Of a stretch of DNA of 28,411 bases, positions 1-9,811 are shown in pieces (the stretch's first letter is position 1; the number at the start of each line of letters is the position of its first letter). The stretch is from an uncultured Pseudomonadota bacterium. GTDB lineage: Bacteria > SAR324 > NAC60-12. The position numbers and the translations under genes are program-made. Location of the stretch: the NCBI GenBank assembly GCA_913020725.1, contig CAJWCD010000031.1:1-28411 (forward strand), in the 5' to 3' direction. The notes below the pieces were generated by a model that saw only the letters and a list, made by a program, of their open reading frames with translations, searched no databases and had not been told where the DNA came from.

Positions 1-97
1 ATTAGATGTCACCACCGGGTCATAGTGTTCGATTTTTAATGGATTTTACTATAAACATTGAAAGGATTGGCAAAGTGGCGGAACTGCGCCTCTAGGC

Positions 98-2149
98 TCA
101 ACCTTTCTCAGTGAGCGTGTGAACGCCGTCCCAATCCTTTTCTGGAGGTTGCAATTTGAAAGCCTTGCAGCGTTTCAGGTACTCTGCCGAGGGGCCGTCT
201 TCATCGTCGATCTCTAGTGCTTTCTCAAAGAAGGGAGCCGCCGCTGCGAAATCGTGATTGTGGTAGCACTCATAACCTTGTAGATAACTCTCCACCACGA
301 GTGCCTTGTCTCCAGAAAGCTGGTTCTTACGAGCCAGTGCTTCATACACCGTGACCGGCTCCTTGCGCCCGACCACCCGGATGATGTCAGTGGGGCGGGC
401 ATCAAGGAACTCTCCAGCTTGAGCATAAGTGAACTCGGAGATCATCGTATAGGTCTTGTAAAATTTGTTCGCGCCTTCCAAGCGGGCCGCAAGGTTGACT
501 GCGTCGCCCATGATTGTGTAGTCCATGCGCTGGCTGGAGCCCATGTTTCCCACGACAATCGGGCCACTGTTGATCCCCATCCGCACGAAAAGCTGCGGCC
601 GTTCCTCCTCTCGGAACTGCTTGCGCATCTCCTCCAGTCGCTTCTGCATGTCGAGGGTGGCGAAGCACGCGAGCTTGGCGTGTGCGGGCTGGTCGAGCGG
701 GGCACCCCAGAACGCGATGATCGCATCGCCCTCAAACTTGTCCACCGTTCCATTGTAGTTGGAGATGATGTCACACATCTCAGTGAGGTAGATATTCAGT
801 AGGTTCACCAACTCATCTGGAGTCAGGCTCTCGGAGATCGTGGAGAATTTTTGAATGTCCGAGAAATAGGCGGTCATCTCACGACGTTCGCCGCCGAGGG
901 TGAGCTTGCTGGGATCCTTGACGATTGCATCAATCACTGTTGGGGAGAGGTACTGTGAAAACGCACCCTTGATGAAGGATTTCTGCCGACGCTCCAGAAT
1001 GAATTTGTAGAGGTTGATGGCGACAAAGCTGAGGATCATCGCGAGCAGCGCGTAGCTCATGGAGAAGACGATTCCGTGATAGGCGTAGGCGTAGAACGCA
1101 AGTGCGATGTAGGCGGTCAGCACAGCGAGGAAAGCCAGTGTCTCCAGCTTGGGCAGTTGGCTCAATCCCAACACCAAGAACATCAGCATGATCAGGATCA
1201 CCACCTCCCACGATGAATCCGCAGGCTGGATCGGGGCGCCATTCATGATCGTGCTGATCGTGTTTGCTAGAAACTCGACCCCGTAGATTTCGCCCACTGG
1301 AGTTTCAAAGATGTCGTGCGAAACCTCTGTGGTGTCACCCACCAGCACGATCTTGTCTTCAAGCAAATCCTTCAACTCCTCAATCTCGTCCTCGTCCAAG
1401 TCCTCCAAGTCCAGCACTTCGACTGCAGAGAGTCCGGCGTACCTAGTGAGGAAGGAAATGCCGGGAGGCAGCAGTGGGTAATCCACCCAGAGGTCGTTGT
1501 AGTGGTCCAGTGGTACCCGATATTCTCCCACGACAAGCTCGCCTCCTTCGAGCTTCGGCTCTACCTCTTCAGCCATTGCCAGTGCCTTGACCGCAAACGG
1601 CCAGAGTTGGTGCTGTTTGTGGATGGTGGGATAGAAGCGCAACCGCGAGAGCATGCTGCCCGTGTTAGTATGGTTGGTGTAGCCACTCTCGGTCTTATCC
1701 TTGATCAGCTCTGTAGGATGCTTGATCCCCTGGAACTGTCCGTCCTTGAACCGAATTTGCGCGGCCGCCATCGTGTTTTGGGCGTTCTCCAGATGCTCGG
1801 CCAAGATGGGGTCGTCACCGTAGCTGTTGGGGAAGTCAATGAGCATGTCGAGGGCGATGACTTTTGCTCCCAGTTCCTTAAGGTTGGTGACGATCTGTCC
1901 GATGTCGGAGCGACGCAGAGGCCAGCCGCCATATTCCTCAAAAAACGCCTCGTCCGTATCTACAATGAGGATTTTGTCAATCGGGAACCCGGTTTCACTG
2001 CGAGGCAACGTGGACCAGCGCACGAGGTGCCGCAACCCATGAAGTTGATTCTCGGATGCCGAGAACAGTTCCAGACGTTCTGCCGGGATCATGAGGAGGA
2101 AGATGACGACAACGAACCACGTGTCCGGGCGCTTGAAGAGGGCTTGCAT
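98..2149 (-). CDS. CHASE2-domain class III adenylate cyclase with C-terminal TPR-like helix pair
   Basis: N-terminal TM, CHASE2 motifs (WPLRRS, GAKVIALDML, TPVGEIYGVE), three TMs, cyclase core FSDIQKFSTISE / DKFEGDA / DYTIMGDAVNLAARLEGAN with the Lys and Asp typical of ATP specificity. Start moved to the ATG at 2149, which follows an AAAGGA SD. Confidence 0.92.
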   Translation of the reverse strand: MQALFKRPDTWFVVVIFLLMIPAERLELFSASENQLHGLRHLVRWSTLPRSETGFPIDKILIVDTDEAFFEEYGGWPLRRSDIGQIVTNLKELGAKVIALDMLIDFPNSYGDDPILAEHLENAQNTMAAAQIRFKDGQFQGIKHPTELIKDKTESGYTNHTNTGSMLSRLRFYPTIHKQHQLWPFAVKALAMAEEVEPKLEGGELVVGEYRVPLDHYNDLWVDYPLLPPGISFLTRYAGLSAVEVLDLEDLDEDEIEELKDLLEDKIVLVGDTTEVSHDIFETPVGEIYGVEFLANTISTIMNGAPIQPADSSWEVVILIMLMFLVLGLSQLPKLETLAFLAVLTAYIALAFYAYAYHGIVFSMSYALLAMILSFVAINLYKFILERRQKSFIKGAFSQYLSPTVIDAIVKDPSKLTLGGERREMTAYFSDIQKFSTISESLTPDELVNLLNIYLTEMCDIISNYNGTVDKFEGDAIIAFWGAPLDQPAHAKLACFATLDMQKRLEEMRKQFREEERPQLFVRMGINSGPIVVGNMGSSQRMDYTIMGDAVNLAARLEGANKFYKTYTMISEFTYAQAGEFLDARPTDIIRVVGRKEPVTVYEALARKNQLSGDKALVVESYLQGYECYHNHDFAAAAPFFEKALEIDDEDGPSAEYLKRCKAFKLQPPEKDWDGVHTLTEKG

Positions 2150-2309
2150 GGCGAATCCTTTCTGGTGGTCAGCACGAGTGTGTAGGACATTCTCTACCAA
2201 AGGTTGCTGGAAATAATTACTCGGTTCAAGCTAATTTGATACATGAGACTTGCAAATCACAGCAGGACTGCAATAAGTATTTCGCATCGAAAACAGTGGC
2301 GGAGCTAGC

Positions 2310-4445
2310 ATGCGTTCGTGGATAGTGGTAGGAATTTTGTGGGTGGGGCTGGGCGTGGTGGGAAGCCCGGAGGTACTTTGTGCCAAGGGGAAAATCCAAT
2401 GGCGCTCTGCGGAAACGCAGCGCATCTCCCTGCGTCGTGAGCAGATTCCGGACCTGCGATCCGCACTCTCCACACTGCTCAGAACCCACGCCAAACATCC
2501 GCAGCGCATAGTCCTGCACTCGGAAGTACAGGGGCCGATGCAGGTGGGGTTCGTGGAAGGTGGCAGCCCGGAAGCGGTGCTGAGTTACTTATTGAGTCAG
2601 CATGGCCTTTCCGTGGTCAATCAAGCCGAGCAAACCCTCATCTTGCCTCGAAAGCTGGTTTGGAAATATCAGCCCATCCAGCGACCGCTCGCTTCTCCTG
2701 TCCCGCTACAAGCCCTTCTCGACGAGCTTTCGGAGATCGGTGAGCTGTCCATCGAGTATGTTCCGGAGGCATTGCGCTCCCACAAGGTTCATCGCAGCCT
2801 CGCGCACGAATCCGTGTCGGAGGCGCTGACGCAACTGGCGCGGGAGCATTCGGCGTTTCTGGAATACTTCCCCGGAATCCACCGCATGCGTTGGGTGCAG
2901 TCACCCGAAATGGCGATCCGGACATTGCGGTTGCGAAATCAGCGTGGTGCGACGGTTGCCGCCGAGTGGTCCCGGATCACAGCATCGCTGCTGGAGTTGC
3001 GGCAGGTCGAGTTCGTGAATCCTGTAGACCAACTCATCGTATTGAAAGGCCCAGAGCCTTGGGCGGGAGTCGCAGAGGAATTGGTCCGGCAACTTGACGT
3101 GGTGTCAGAAGTCACGGTTGCAGAGATTCCTCAGGAAACATCAGCAGCGGCCTCACCTCCGGAATCTGTGCGCACCTTGGTATTGGAATCCGTGAGTCCC
3201 GAATTACTGGAATCACGCTTGGCTCCGCTGGTGGGTGAGGGTAGTGCCTTGGCGGGTCGGGTTCGAGTGTCGTGGGGAAAAGAAGCGGCGGAGGACGGAA
3301 AGCTCATCGTGGCACTCTCTGGAGAACCCAAAGCAGTCACTGCCGTTGCGGAAGTCTTGTTGGAATTGGAACCGTGGCTGGACGAATCTCCTCCGACAAC
3401 ATCCACACCAAAGCAACCTCTGGAACCCCAAGCAACAGAGCGGCAAGTGCTACGAATACCGTTGCGCTACCTGCACATCGGCGACCGCAAGGTGCGCAGC
3501 AACGGCGAGATCGTAACACTGAAGGGAGCAGACACGCGCCTGCACGAGTTACTTGAGAAGGAGTTTCCAGCAGGCTCCAGCGAGGAGCGTCCCGCGCTGA
3601 TCCCGGATCGTCCCGGAAACGCCTTGGTGTTGATTGGGCTTGCTGACACGCTCCAGTTTCTCCAACAATTGTTGAAGGTCTGGGACCAACCAAGACCGCT
3701 GATCCGTATCGAGGCGCACATTTTCGAGACAAGTGAAGAGTTCTCGCGTCGTCTCGGAGTGGAATTCAGTGCGCGTGGAGCGCCTATCAGTGGCACGCCG
3801 AACGTCGATGCTCCCGGAGCATTCTCGGCTGCCGGAGTGCTGGGCGGGGCAGAGACTAGCCGGGGCTATCGCGTGGACACCGTGCTGCGACTCATGCAGC
3901 AAGAAGGCAAGGGCCGTATCCTCTCACGCCCGTTGGTTGTGACCGGAAACGACTTGGAAGCAGAGATGATCAGCGGCTCCCTGATCAACGTGAAGCTCTT
4001 GGTGGGCAAAGGCTTGCGGGAACTGAGGACGGGGGTTACGCTGAGAGTAACGCCACGGTTGATTGCGGACGGTGGCGACAACCGTAGCCGCGACCGCATC
4101 TGGCTGAATGTCTATGCAGAGACGAGCACGCCGATTCTCAGCCACACGGTGGACGGCATCCCGCAAATCAATGTGCAGCGAACACAGGGAAGCGTGGAGG
4201 TGAGCAACGGCCAGCCCTTTTTATTGGGTGGACTTATCAAGGACAGCACCGGCTCATCTGAGTCTGGAGTTCCATTCTTCAAGGATTTGCCACTGCTCGG
4301 CTGGCTGTTTCGCACCAATGCTAACGAACGTCGCTTCGACCACGTCATGGTTTTCATCACCCCCACTCGTATTGTGCCTGAATCCTCACCAGCGTTACCG
4401 GACTTTGGGCTGGAACGCGGGGAGTCCACAAATTTCAGCGAGTGA
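2310..4445 (+). CDS. Outer-membrane secretin (type II/III family, SctC/YscC-like features)
   Basis: Signal peptide, several N domains, secretin domain motifs IRIEAHIFE, ILSRPLVVT, TGVTLRVTPR, LLGGLIKD, GVPFFKDLPLLGWLFR, VFITPTRI. GGAG SD upstream. Confidence 0.9.
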   Translation: MRSWIVVGILWVGLGVVGSPEVLCAKGKIQWRSAETQRISLRREQIPDLRSALSTLLRTHAKHPQRIVLHSEVQGPMQVGFVEGGSPEAVLSYLLSQHGLSVVNQAEQTLILPRKLVWKYQPIQRPLASPVPLQALLDELSEIGELSIEYVPEALRSHKVHRSLAHESVSEALTQLAREHSAFLEYFPGIHRMRWVQSPEMAIRTLRLRNQRGATVAAEWSRITASLLELRQVEFVNPVDQLIVLKGPEPWAGVAEELVRQLDVVSEVTVAEIPQETSAAASPPESVRTLVLESVSPELLESRLAPLVGEGSALAGRVRVSWGKEAAEDGKLIVALSGEPKAVTAVAEVLLELEPWLDESPPTTSTPKQPLEPQATERQVLRIPLRYLHIGDRKVRSNGEIVTLKGADTRLHELLEKEFPAGSSEERPALIPDRPGNALVLIGLADTLQFLQQLLKVWDQPRPLIRIEAHIFETSEEFSRRLGVEFSARGAPISGTPNVDAPGAFSAAGVLGGAETSRGYRVDTVLRLMQQEGKGRILSRPLVVTGNDLEAEMISGSLINVKLLVGKGLRELRTGVTLRVTPRLIADGGDNRSRDRIWLNVYAETSTPILSHTVDGIPQINVQRTQGSVEVSNGQPFLLGGLIKDSTGSSESGVPFFKDLPLLGWLFRTNANERRFDHVMVFITPTRIVPESSPALPDFGLERGESTNFSE

Positions 4446-4448
4446 GCC

Positions 4449-4877
4449 ATGCCTGATTCCGCCAAATCCACCTCGCCTCCGGGAAGCTTCGACGAAGAAG
4501 CCTTCCACGCCCACAAGCGCCGCGAGCGCAACCATGCGTGGATCTTCGGAGCGCTCGGCGCCTTTGTGCTGCTTGACAGCGGCCTGCCCTATCCAATCCC
4601 GCTTATTGGACTGCCTTCCGTGTTGCTTGGCGGGGTGCTGCTGGCCTACGGATTCTTCCAGTACCGCGCCTACCATCGCCCGCCTCTCCACGAAGCCCTT
4701 GAACTTGGACGCAGCCTCGGTGGTTCCCTCACCCGCACCGAGCTTTTCCTGCGGCTACGGCTTAATGCGGAAGAAACCGACGAACTGCTTCAGGAGTTGA
4801 TCCGCCAAGGCTTTCTGGAGCAAATGCACGACGATGTCCGGGCCGAGCAGGAATCTCGGTTTCGGCTGCTCTCCTGA
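4449..4877 (+). CDS. Hypothetical membrane protein (two TMs plus C-terminal winged-helix-like domain)
   Basis: Starts 3 nt after the secretin stop, and its TGA overlaps the lpxK ATG. Hydrophobic hairpin followed by GGSLTRTELFLRLRLNAEETDELLQELIRQGFL. Confidence 0.75.
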   Translation: MPDSAKSTSPPGSFDEEAFHAHKRRERNHAWIFGALGAFVLLDSGLPYPIPLIGLPSVLLGGVLLAYGFFQYRAYHRPPLHEALELGRSLGGSLTRTELFLRLRLNAEETDELLQELIRQGFLEQMHDDVRAEQESRFRLLS

Positions 4878-6004
4878 TGCCTTTTTTTGTTTCCGGTTCG
4901 GTTCCTCCTTCACTCGGACACCGTATCGTGCTGGGGCCACTGGAAACCCTCTATTCCGCACTGGTTCGGACTCGCGTTCATGCTTACAAATGTGGCTGGC
5001 TGCAAACTTACCGCCCCGGAATTCCTGTGATCTCCGTTGGTAACCTCACGGCAGGCGGTTCCGGAAAAACGCCGATCGCAGATCACCTGCTCGTCACACT
5101 CCATCCCAACCGCGCCGCCCTGCTCAGTCGGGGCTACGGGCGCGTGAGTGATTCCGAGCCGTTGCGGTTGCGCTGGGACGAGGGGGTTCCCGGGACTCCA
5201 GAATTATTGGGCGATGAACCCTGCCTGCTCGCCCAGCGGCATCCGGACACGCCTGTTATTGTTGGAGCTAACCGCAGTCGCTCTGCCCGTCTCGCGGAAG
5301 TGCTGGATCGTCCGGATTGCCTCGTGCTGGATGACGGCTATCAGCATCTCGCGTTGCACCGCGACTTCAATTTGCTGCTTGTTGATGCCGAACGTGGCTT
5401 GGGCAACCGCCGCCTGCTTCCGCTCGGCCCCCTCCGCGAACCAATCTCGCACTGGGAACGGGCCGATGCCGTGCTGATCACCAAGGCAAATCTGGGCAAT
5501 CCGGAGGTGTTGCTGCACCAGTTGCAGGGTGGGCTGGGTGTGACCAAACCCGTTTTCCGCTTCGATTACCTCCCGGAGCGGTTGGAGCGATTGGATGGCC
5601 AAGCCACCCGATCACTCAACTCGACCCGAGGAATGCGGGTGGTGCCCGTCTGCGGAATCGCCCAGCCTGAGGGGTTTTTCCGAATGCTAGAGTCATCCGG
5701 TTTGTGCCTTGATGAACCACTGCAATTCAGAGATCATTACACTTACACTGCCGCAGATGTCTGCCACCTTCAGGAGCGGCTAAAAACCTCTGGTGCAGAA
5801 GGATGGGTGATGACCGAAAAAGATGCCGTCAAACTCCGGGCCTTTCCGGAACTCGCAGAGTCCGGCTGGGTGCTGACGATGGCCGTGAAGCCGGAACCCG
5901 CATGGGCTGACTTTTGGAGCAAACGACTCCACGCATTGGGGCTGAAAGCACCGAATTTCCGTTCCTCGGTTCCCAAAACCTCTAAGCAGGAAAATCGGAA
6001 ATGA
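4877..6004 (+). CDS. lpxK: Tetraacyldisaccharide 4'-kinase
   Basis: ISVGNLTAGGSGKTP, SRGYG, GDEP, LDDGYQH, LLPLGPLREP, FRDHY and TEKDAVK motifs. Confidence 0.95.
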   Translation: MPFFVSGSVPPSLGHRIVLGPLETLYSALVRTRVHAYKCGWLQTYRPGIPVISVGNLTAGGSGKTPIADHLLVTLHPNRAALLSRGYGRVSDSEPLRLRWDEGVPGTPELLGDEPCLLAQRHPDTPVIVGANRSRSARLAEVLDRPDCLVLDDGYQHLALHRDFNLLLVDAERGLGNRRLLPLGPLREPISHWERADAVLITKANLGNPEVLLHQLQGGLGVTKPVFRFDYLPERLERLDGQATRSLNSTRGMRVVPVCGIAQPEGFFRMLESSGLCLDEPLQFRDHYTYTAADVCHLQERLKTSGAEGWVMTEKDAVKLRAFPELAESGWVLTMAVKPEPAWADFWSKRLHALGLKAPNFRSSVPKTSKQENRK

Positions 6005-6423
6005 ATAGAAAATTGAACAACATCGCAGGCTCCTGTCTGTGCGGAAGCGTGAAGTTCCGGGTGTTTGGTGAGGTGGATGCGTTCTACCTTTGTCACTGCT
6101 CGCGGTGCCGACGCTCGACGGGTACCGCACATGTGGCCAACATTTTCACACAGCCGGGGAACATCGAGTGGCTGGCCGGAGAGGAGTTGCTCCGTCGCTA
6201 TGAATTGCCGGAAGCCAAGAGTTTTGCCAAACAGTTTTGCGCGAATTGTGGCTCCGGACTCCCGTATGTGAATCGCGCCGGAACAAAGCTCGTCATTCCT
6301 GCTGGTAGTTTGGCAGAGTCCATTGATTTTGCGCCGAATGACATCATTTTCTGGGAGTCGCGGGCCGAGTGGTATGAGCAGGGCATGATGATGCCGAAAC
6401 ATGCTGGACCACCCCAGCCTTAG
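6001..6423 (+). CDS. GFA/CENP-V family zinc-binding protein
   Basis: GSCLCGSV, CHCSRCRR and FCANCGS motifs. ATGA overlap with the lpxK stop. Confidence 0.92.
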   Translation: MNRKLNNIAGSCLCGSVKFRVFGEVDAFYLCHCSRCRRSTGTAHVANIFTQPGNIEWLAGEELLRRYELPEAKSFAKQFCANCGSGLPYVNRAGTKLVIPAGSLAESIDFAPNDIIFWESRAEWYEQGMMMPKHAGPPQP

Positions 6424-6502
6424 CCAGAACCATTCGCCACACTTTTCTGCCAATCCCCCTCCTACGTCTCTCTCTCTCCCTCACTTCACGCAGGTCTGTG
6501 CA

Positions 6503-6531
6503 TTGCAACTGTTTGTTGAGTCCGATAACAT
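6503..6531 (+). promoter_or_regulatory. Putative sigma70 promoter for cysS-msbA operon
   Basis: TTGCAA (6503-6508), 17-bp spacer, TAACAT (6526-6531), 47 nt upstream of the cysS ATG. Confidence 0.45.
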
Positions 6532-6578
6532 GAACTGTTTACCTGACGCTTGAAACGCTTGCCGTTTGCACAACATCA

Positions 6579-8015
6579 ATGCCGCTGCACCTCTTCAATT
6601 CTTTGACCGAACGCTTGGAATCCTTCACCCCACACCGGGAGGGGGAAGCCACGCTCTATGTCTGCGGCCCGACGGTTTATGGCGACAGCCACCTTGGGCA
6701 CGCCAAAACCTATGTTAGCTTCGACATCATCCTGCGTTACCTGCGTTTTTCGGGACTCCGCACCTTCTATGTCCAGAACATCACAGATGTGGGGCACTTG
6801 GTAGGCGATGCCGACGAAGGGGAGGACAAGCTGCTGCGCCGCGCACGGGAGCTTGCGCAAGCGCCGATGGCCGTGGCGGAAACCTACACGAACCAATATT
6901 TTTCGGTGATGGATCGGCTTGGTGTGATCCGTCCGGACATCTCTCCGCGAGCCACAGGGCATATTCCGGAGCAGCTTGAAGCGATTGCTGCGATGGTGGA
7001 ATCCGGGCATGCCTACGAGGTGAACGGTTCGGTGTATTTTGATGTCACCACGGACCCGGAATACGGACGGCTTTCCAACCGAACGCTGAACGGGTTGCAG
7101 GAAGGCACACGGGTGGAGGTTCGGACTGAGAAGCGCAACCCGCAGGATTTTGCACTCTGGAAATACGCGGAACCAGAACATCTGATGCGCTGGCGCGATA
7201 CCTACAGCGGCTGGGGCTATCCGGGCTGGCACACTGAATGCGCAGTGATGAGCACTCGGTACCTTGGCGATGCCTTTGACATTCATGGTGGGGGCATGGA
7301 TCTGAAGTTTCCCCACCACGAATGCGAGATTGCACAGGCCCGTGCGTTGGGCAAGCCCTTCGCCCGCCACTGGCTCCACAGCAACATGCTCACCATCGGC
7401 GGCCAGAAGATGAGCAAGTCCGCCGGAAATTTCGTGTCCGTGGAGGATGCGCTTGCTCAACATGATCCGCTAGTGGTTCGTTATTTCATTGTTGCTAGCC
7501 ACTACCGCTCCGTCGTTGATTACAGCGAATCCGCTCTTTCTGGAGCGACAGCCGCCTTGCAGCGGTTACACCAAACTGTGCGGTCTCTGCGTTCCAAAAT
7601 GCCTGCAAACGCCAAGGCTCCGGAGCAGTATTTACAGGAATTCCGCAACCGCTTCAGCGCGGCCATGGATGATGACTTCGGGACTCCGCAGGCACTGGCG
7701 GTGCTTTTTGATCTCAGCCGGGAAGCAAACACCCTGCTCACTCAGTCGAGCCCGGATCCTGAGGCGTTGCTGGACGCCGAGCAGTTGTTCCGGAGTTTGG
7801 GCGGAGACGTGCTGGGCCTGATTCCCGAACAGCTTGCCGAGCAACCCGGGGATCATCACATGGACGACGCGATGCAGATTCTCATTGAACTGCGCAAGCA
7901 ACTCCGGGAGGCCAAGGATTATCAGCGTTCCGACTGGGTTCGGGATCAGCTCCAAAACGCTGGGATTACCCTCAAGGACTCCCGTGACGGAACCACATGG
8001 GAAGTGAGCGTATGA
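6579..8015 (+). CDS. cysS: Cysteine--tRNA ligase
   Basis: [12 protein letters not shown] (HIGH motif), [26 protein letters not shown] and KMSKS motifs. Confidence 0.98.
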   Translation: MPLHLFNSLTERLESFTPHREGEATLYVCGPTVYGDSHLGHAKTYVSFDIILRYLRFSGLRTFYVQNITDVGHLVGDADEGEDKLLRRARELAQAPMAVAETYTNQYFSVMDRLGVIRPDISPRATGHIPEQLEAIAAMVESGHAYEVNGSVYFDVTTDPEYGRLSNRTLNGLQEGTRVEVRTEKRNPQDFALWKYAEPEHLMRWRDTYSGWGYPGWHTECAVMSTRYLGDAFDIHGGGMDLKFPHHECEIAQARALGKPFARHWLHSNMLTIGGQKMSKSAGNFVSVEDALAQHDPLVVRYFIVASHYRSVVDYSESALSGATAALQRLHQTVRSLRSKMPANAKAPEQYLQEFRNRFSAAMDDDFGTPQALAVLFDLSREANTLLTQSSPDPEALLDAEQLFRSLGGDVLGLIPEQLAEQPGDHHMDDAMQILIELRKQLREAKDYQRSDWVRDQLQNAGITLKDSRDGTTWEVSV

Positions 8016-9811
8016 GTGGAAAACTGAAGCGGCGGGCCTCCACCCTGAAGCGACTGCTGCTGCTCGTTCTGCCCTACAAGGGTTGGATTGCCACGAGTCT
8101 CATCTGCATGGTGGGGTTCAATATTTTCACCGCCGCCCCACCGTTTTATGCAAAAGACATTGTGGACGCAATCGCTTACGGAGATGTCCCGCAGCTCAAG
8201 CAGTACTTCCTCGTCGGATTCGCCCTTGTCATTGTCTTTGTCCTCAAGGGTTTCTTCTTCTTCGGCCATGTCTACTTCCTCGGACGGCTCGTTCAGCGCC
8301 TCGTTGCCGAGTTGCGACAGCGGCTGTTTGACCACCTTCTCAGCCTCTCCTTCTCGTTCTTTGCCCGCTCCAAAACGGGTGATCTGATCTCGCGGTTCAC
8401 CAATGACCTCCATGTCTTTCAGAACACGCTTCAGATCGGAGTCACTGGTCCTTTCCGGGACATTCCGCAGTTCTTCGTGTTTCTCGGCATCATGTTCTAC
8501 CGGAGTTGGGATTTGGCGTTGGTGACACTGGCAATCATCCCCATCGCCCTGCTCTTCATTCGCATTTTTGGACGCCGCAACCTCAAGGCCGTGGACAAGC
8601 GCCAACTCAGCTTTAGCGGATTGAGCAGCCTGCTCGTGGAAACCATTTCAGGCATTCGCGTCGTCAAGGCATTTGGGATGGAACGCTACGAGAGCAAGCG
8701 TTTCGGCAAGGTGAACGAGGAGCTTTACCGCAATCATATGCGCTCGATCCTCATTGATTCTTACTCAACTCCGGTGATTGAAGTCATCGGAGCCACAGCG
8801 GGCGCAACCGTTGTGGCCTATGGGGGCTACCTCATCCTCAACGGCCAGATCACTGCCGGAGATTTCACCTCTTTCCTGCTCAGCTTCTTTCTGCTCAATG
8901 ATCCGATCAAGAAACTCAACGGCTTCAACCTCAAGCTTCAGGAAGGCATCGCTGCATTGCGCCGCATTTTCGAAATTCTCGACACCGAGCCAGAAATCGT
9001 CTCGCCGCCAAACGCGGTCAAGCTCAAGGCATTTGAGCAAGAAATTGTTTTTGAGATCAAGGATTTTCGCTATAACGGGGCTAAAGACTCCGTCCTCCAG
9101 AACTTGAACCTCGCGGTCCGGAAAGGGGAAGCCGTTGCACTCGTCGGTAGCAGTGGTGCCGGCAAAACTACACTGGCGAACCTCATCCCGCGCTTTCACG
9201 ATGTTACGGAAGGCTCGGTCAAGATTGATGGCCACGATGTTCGGACGCTGGACTTGCACGCCCTGCGCAACATGATCGCGATCGTCACGCAGGACACGAT
9301 CCTCTTCAACGACACGATTGCGAACAACATTAGTTATGGGCATCCGGAGTGTTCGCAGGAGCGCATGGTCTCGGCAGCACAGGCGGCGAACGCACACGAT
9401 TTCATCTTGGAGCAGCCCGATGGTTATGATTCGTTCATCGGCGAGAAGGGAGCCAAGCTCTCCGGAGGCCAGCGGCAGCGGCTCTCCATCGCCCGTGCCT
9501 TGCTCAAGGACGCGCCGATCCTCATCCTCGACGAGGCGACTTCCGCACTCGATTCTGAATCCGAAATCGAGGTGCAGGGCGCGATCGAGTACTTGATGGC
9601 GAACCGCACCACCATCGTCATCGCTCATCGGCTCTCGACCATCCGCAACGCTGACCGCATCTGTGTGGTCGAGGACGGCACCATCATGGAAGAAGGCACC
9701 CACGACGAACTTCTGCGCAAAGGCGGTCGTTATCGCCAACTTCACGCGATGCAGTTTCGGGACAACATGATTCCCTTCCCCCAGGAACGTCGCAGTGGGA
9801 CGACTGGCTGA
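8012..9811 (+). CDS. msbA: Lipid A/LPS export ABC transporter (MsbA family, fused TMD-NBD)
   Basis: TM domain plus GSSGAGKTT, LSGGQRQR, ILILDEATSALD and IAHRLST. ATG at 8012 overlaps the cysS stop (ATGA). The msbA name rests on family features and the lpxK/GT9 context. Confidence 0.85.
   Translation: MSGKLKRRASTLKRLLLLVLPYKGWIATSLICMVGFNIFTAAPPFYAKDIVDAIAYGDVPQLKQYFLVGFALVIVFVLKGFFFFGHVYFLGRLVQRLVAELRQRLFDHLLSLSFSFFARSKTGDLISRFTNDLHVFQNTLQIGVTGPFRDIPQFFVFLGIMFYRSWDLALVTLAIIPIALLFIRIFGRRNLKAVDKRQLSFSGLSSLLVETISGIRVVKAFGMERYESKRFGKVNEELYRNHMRSILIDSYSTPVIEVIGATAGATVVAYGGYLILNGQITAGDFTSFLLSFFLLNDPIKKLNGFNLKLQEGIAALRRIFEILDTEPEIVSPPNAVKLKAFEQEIVFEIKDFRYNGAKDSVLQNLNLAVRKGEAVALVGSSGAGKTTLANLIPRFHDVTEGSVKIDGHDVRTLDLHALRNMIAIVTQDTILFNDTIANNISYGHPECSQERMVSAAQAANAHDFILEQPDGYDSFIGEKGAKLSGGQRQRLSIARALLKDAPILILDEATSALDSESEIEVQGAIEYLMANRTTIVIAHRLSTIRNADRICVVEDGTIMEEGTHDELLRKGGRYRQLHAMQFRDNMIPFPQERRSGTTG

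Noticed and set aside
1316..2185. 289-aa plus-strand ORF
   Set aside because: Antisense shadow of the adenylate cyclase gene.
2244..2261. CRP-like site TGAGA...TCACA between the cyclase and secretin genes
   Set aside because: The spacer is 8 nt rather than the canonical 6, so it is not supportable.
6455..6490. Pyrimidine-rich (CT)n tract upstream of cysS
   Set aside because: Short and imperfect, with no T-box or other structured leader recognisable.
6576..7463. 295-aa minus-strand ORF
   Set aside because: Antisense shadow of cysS.
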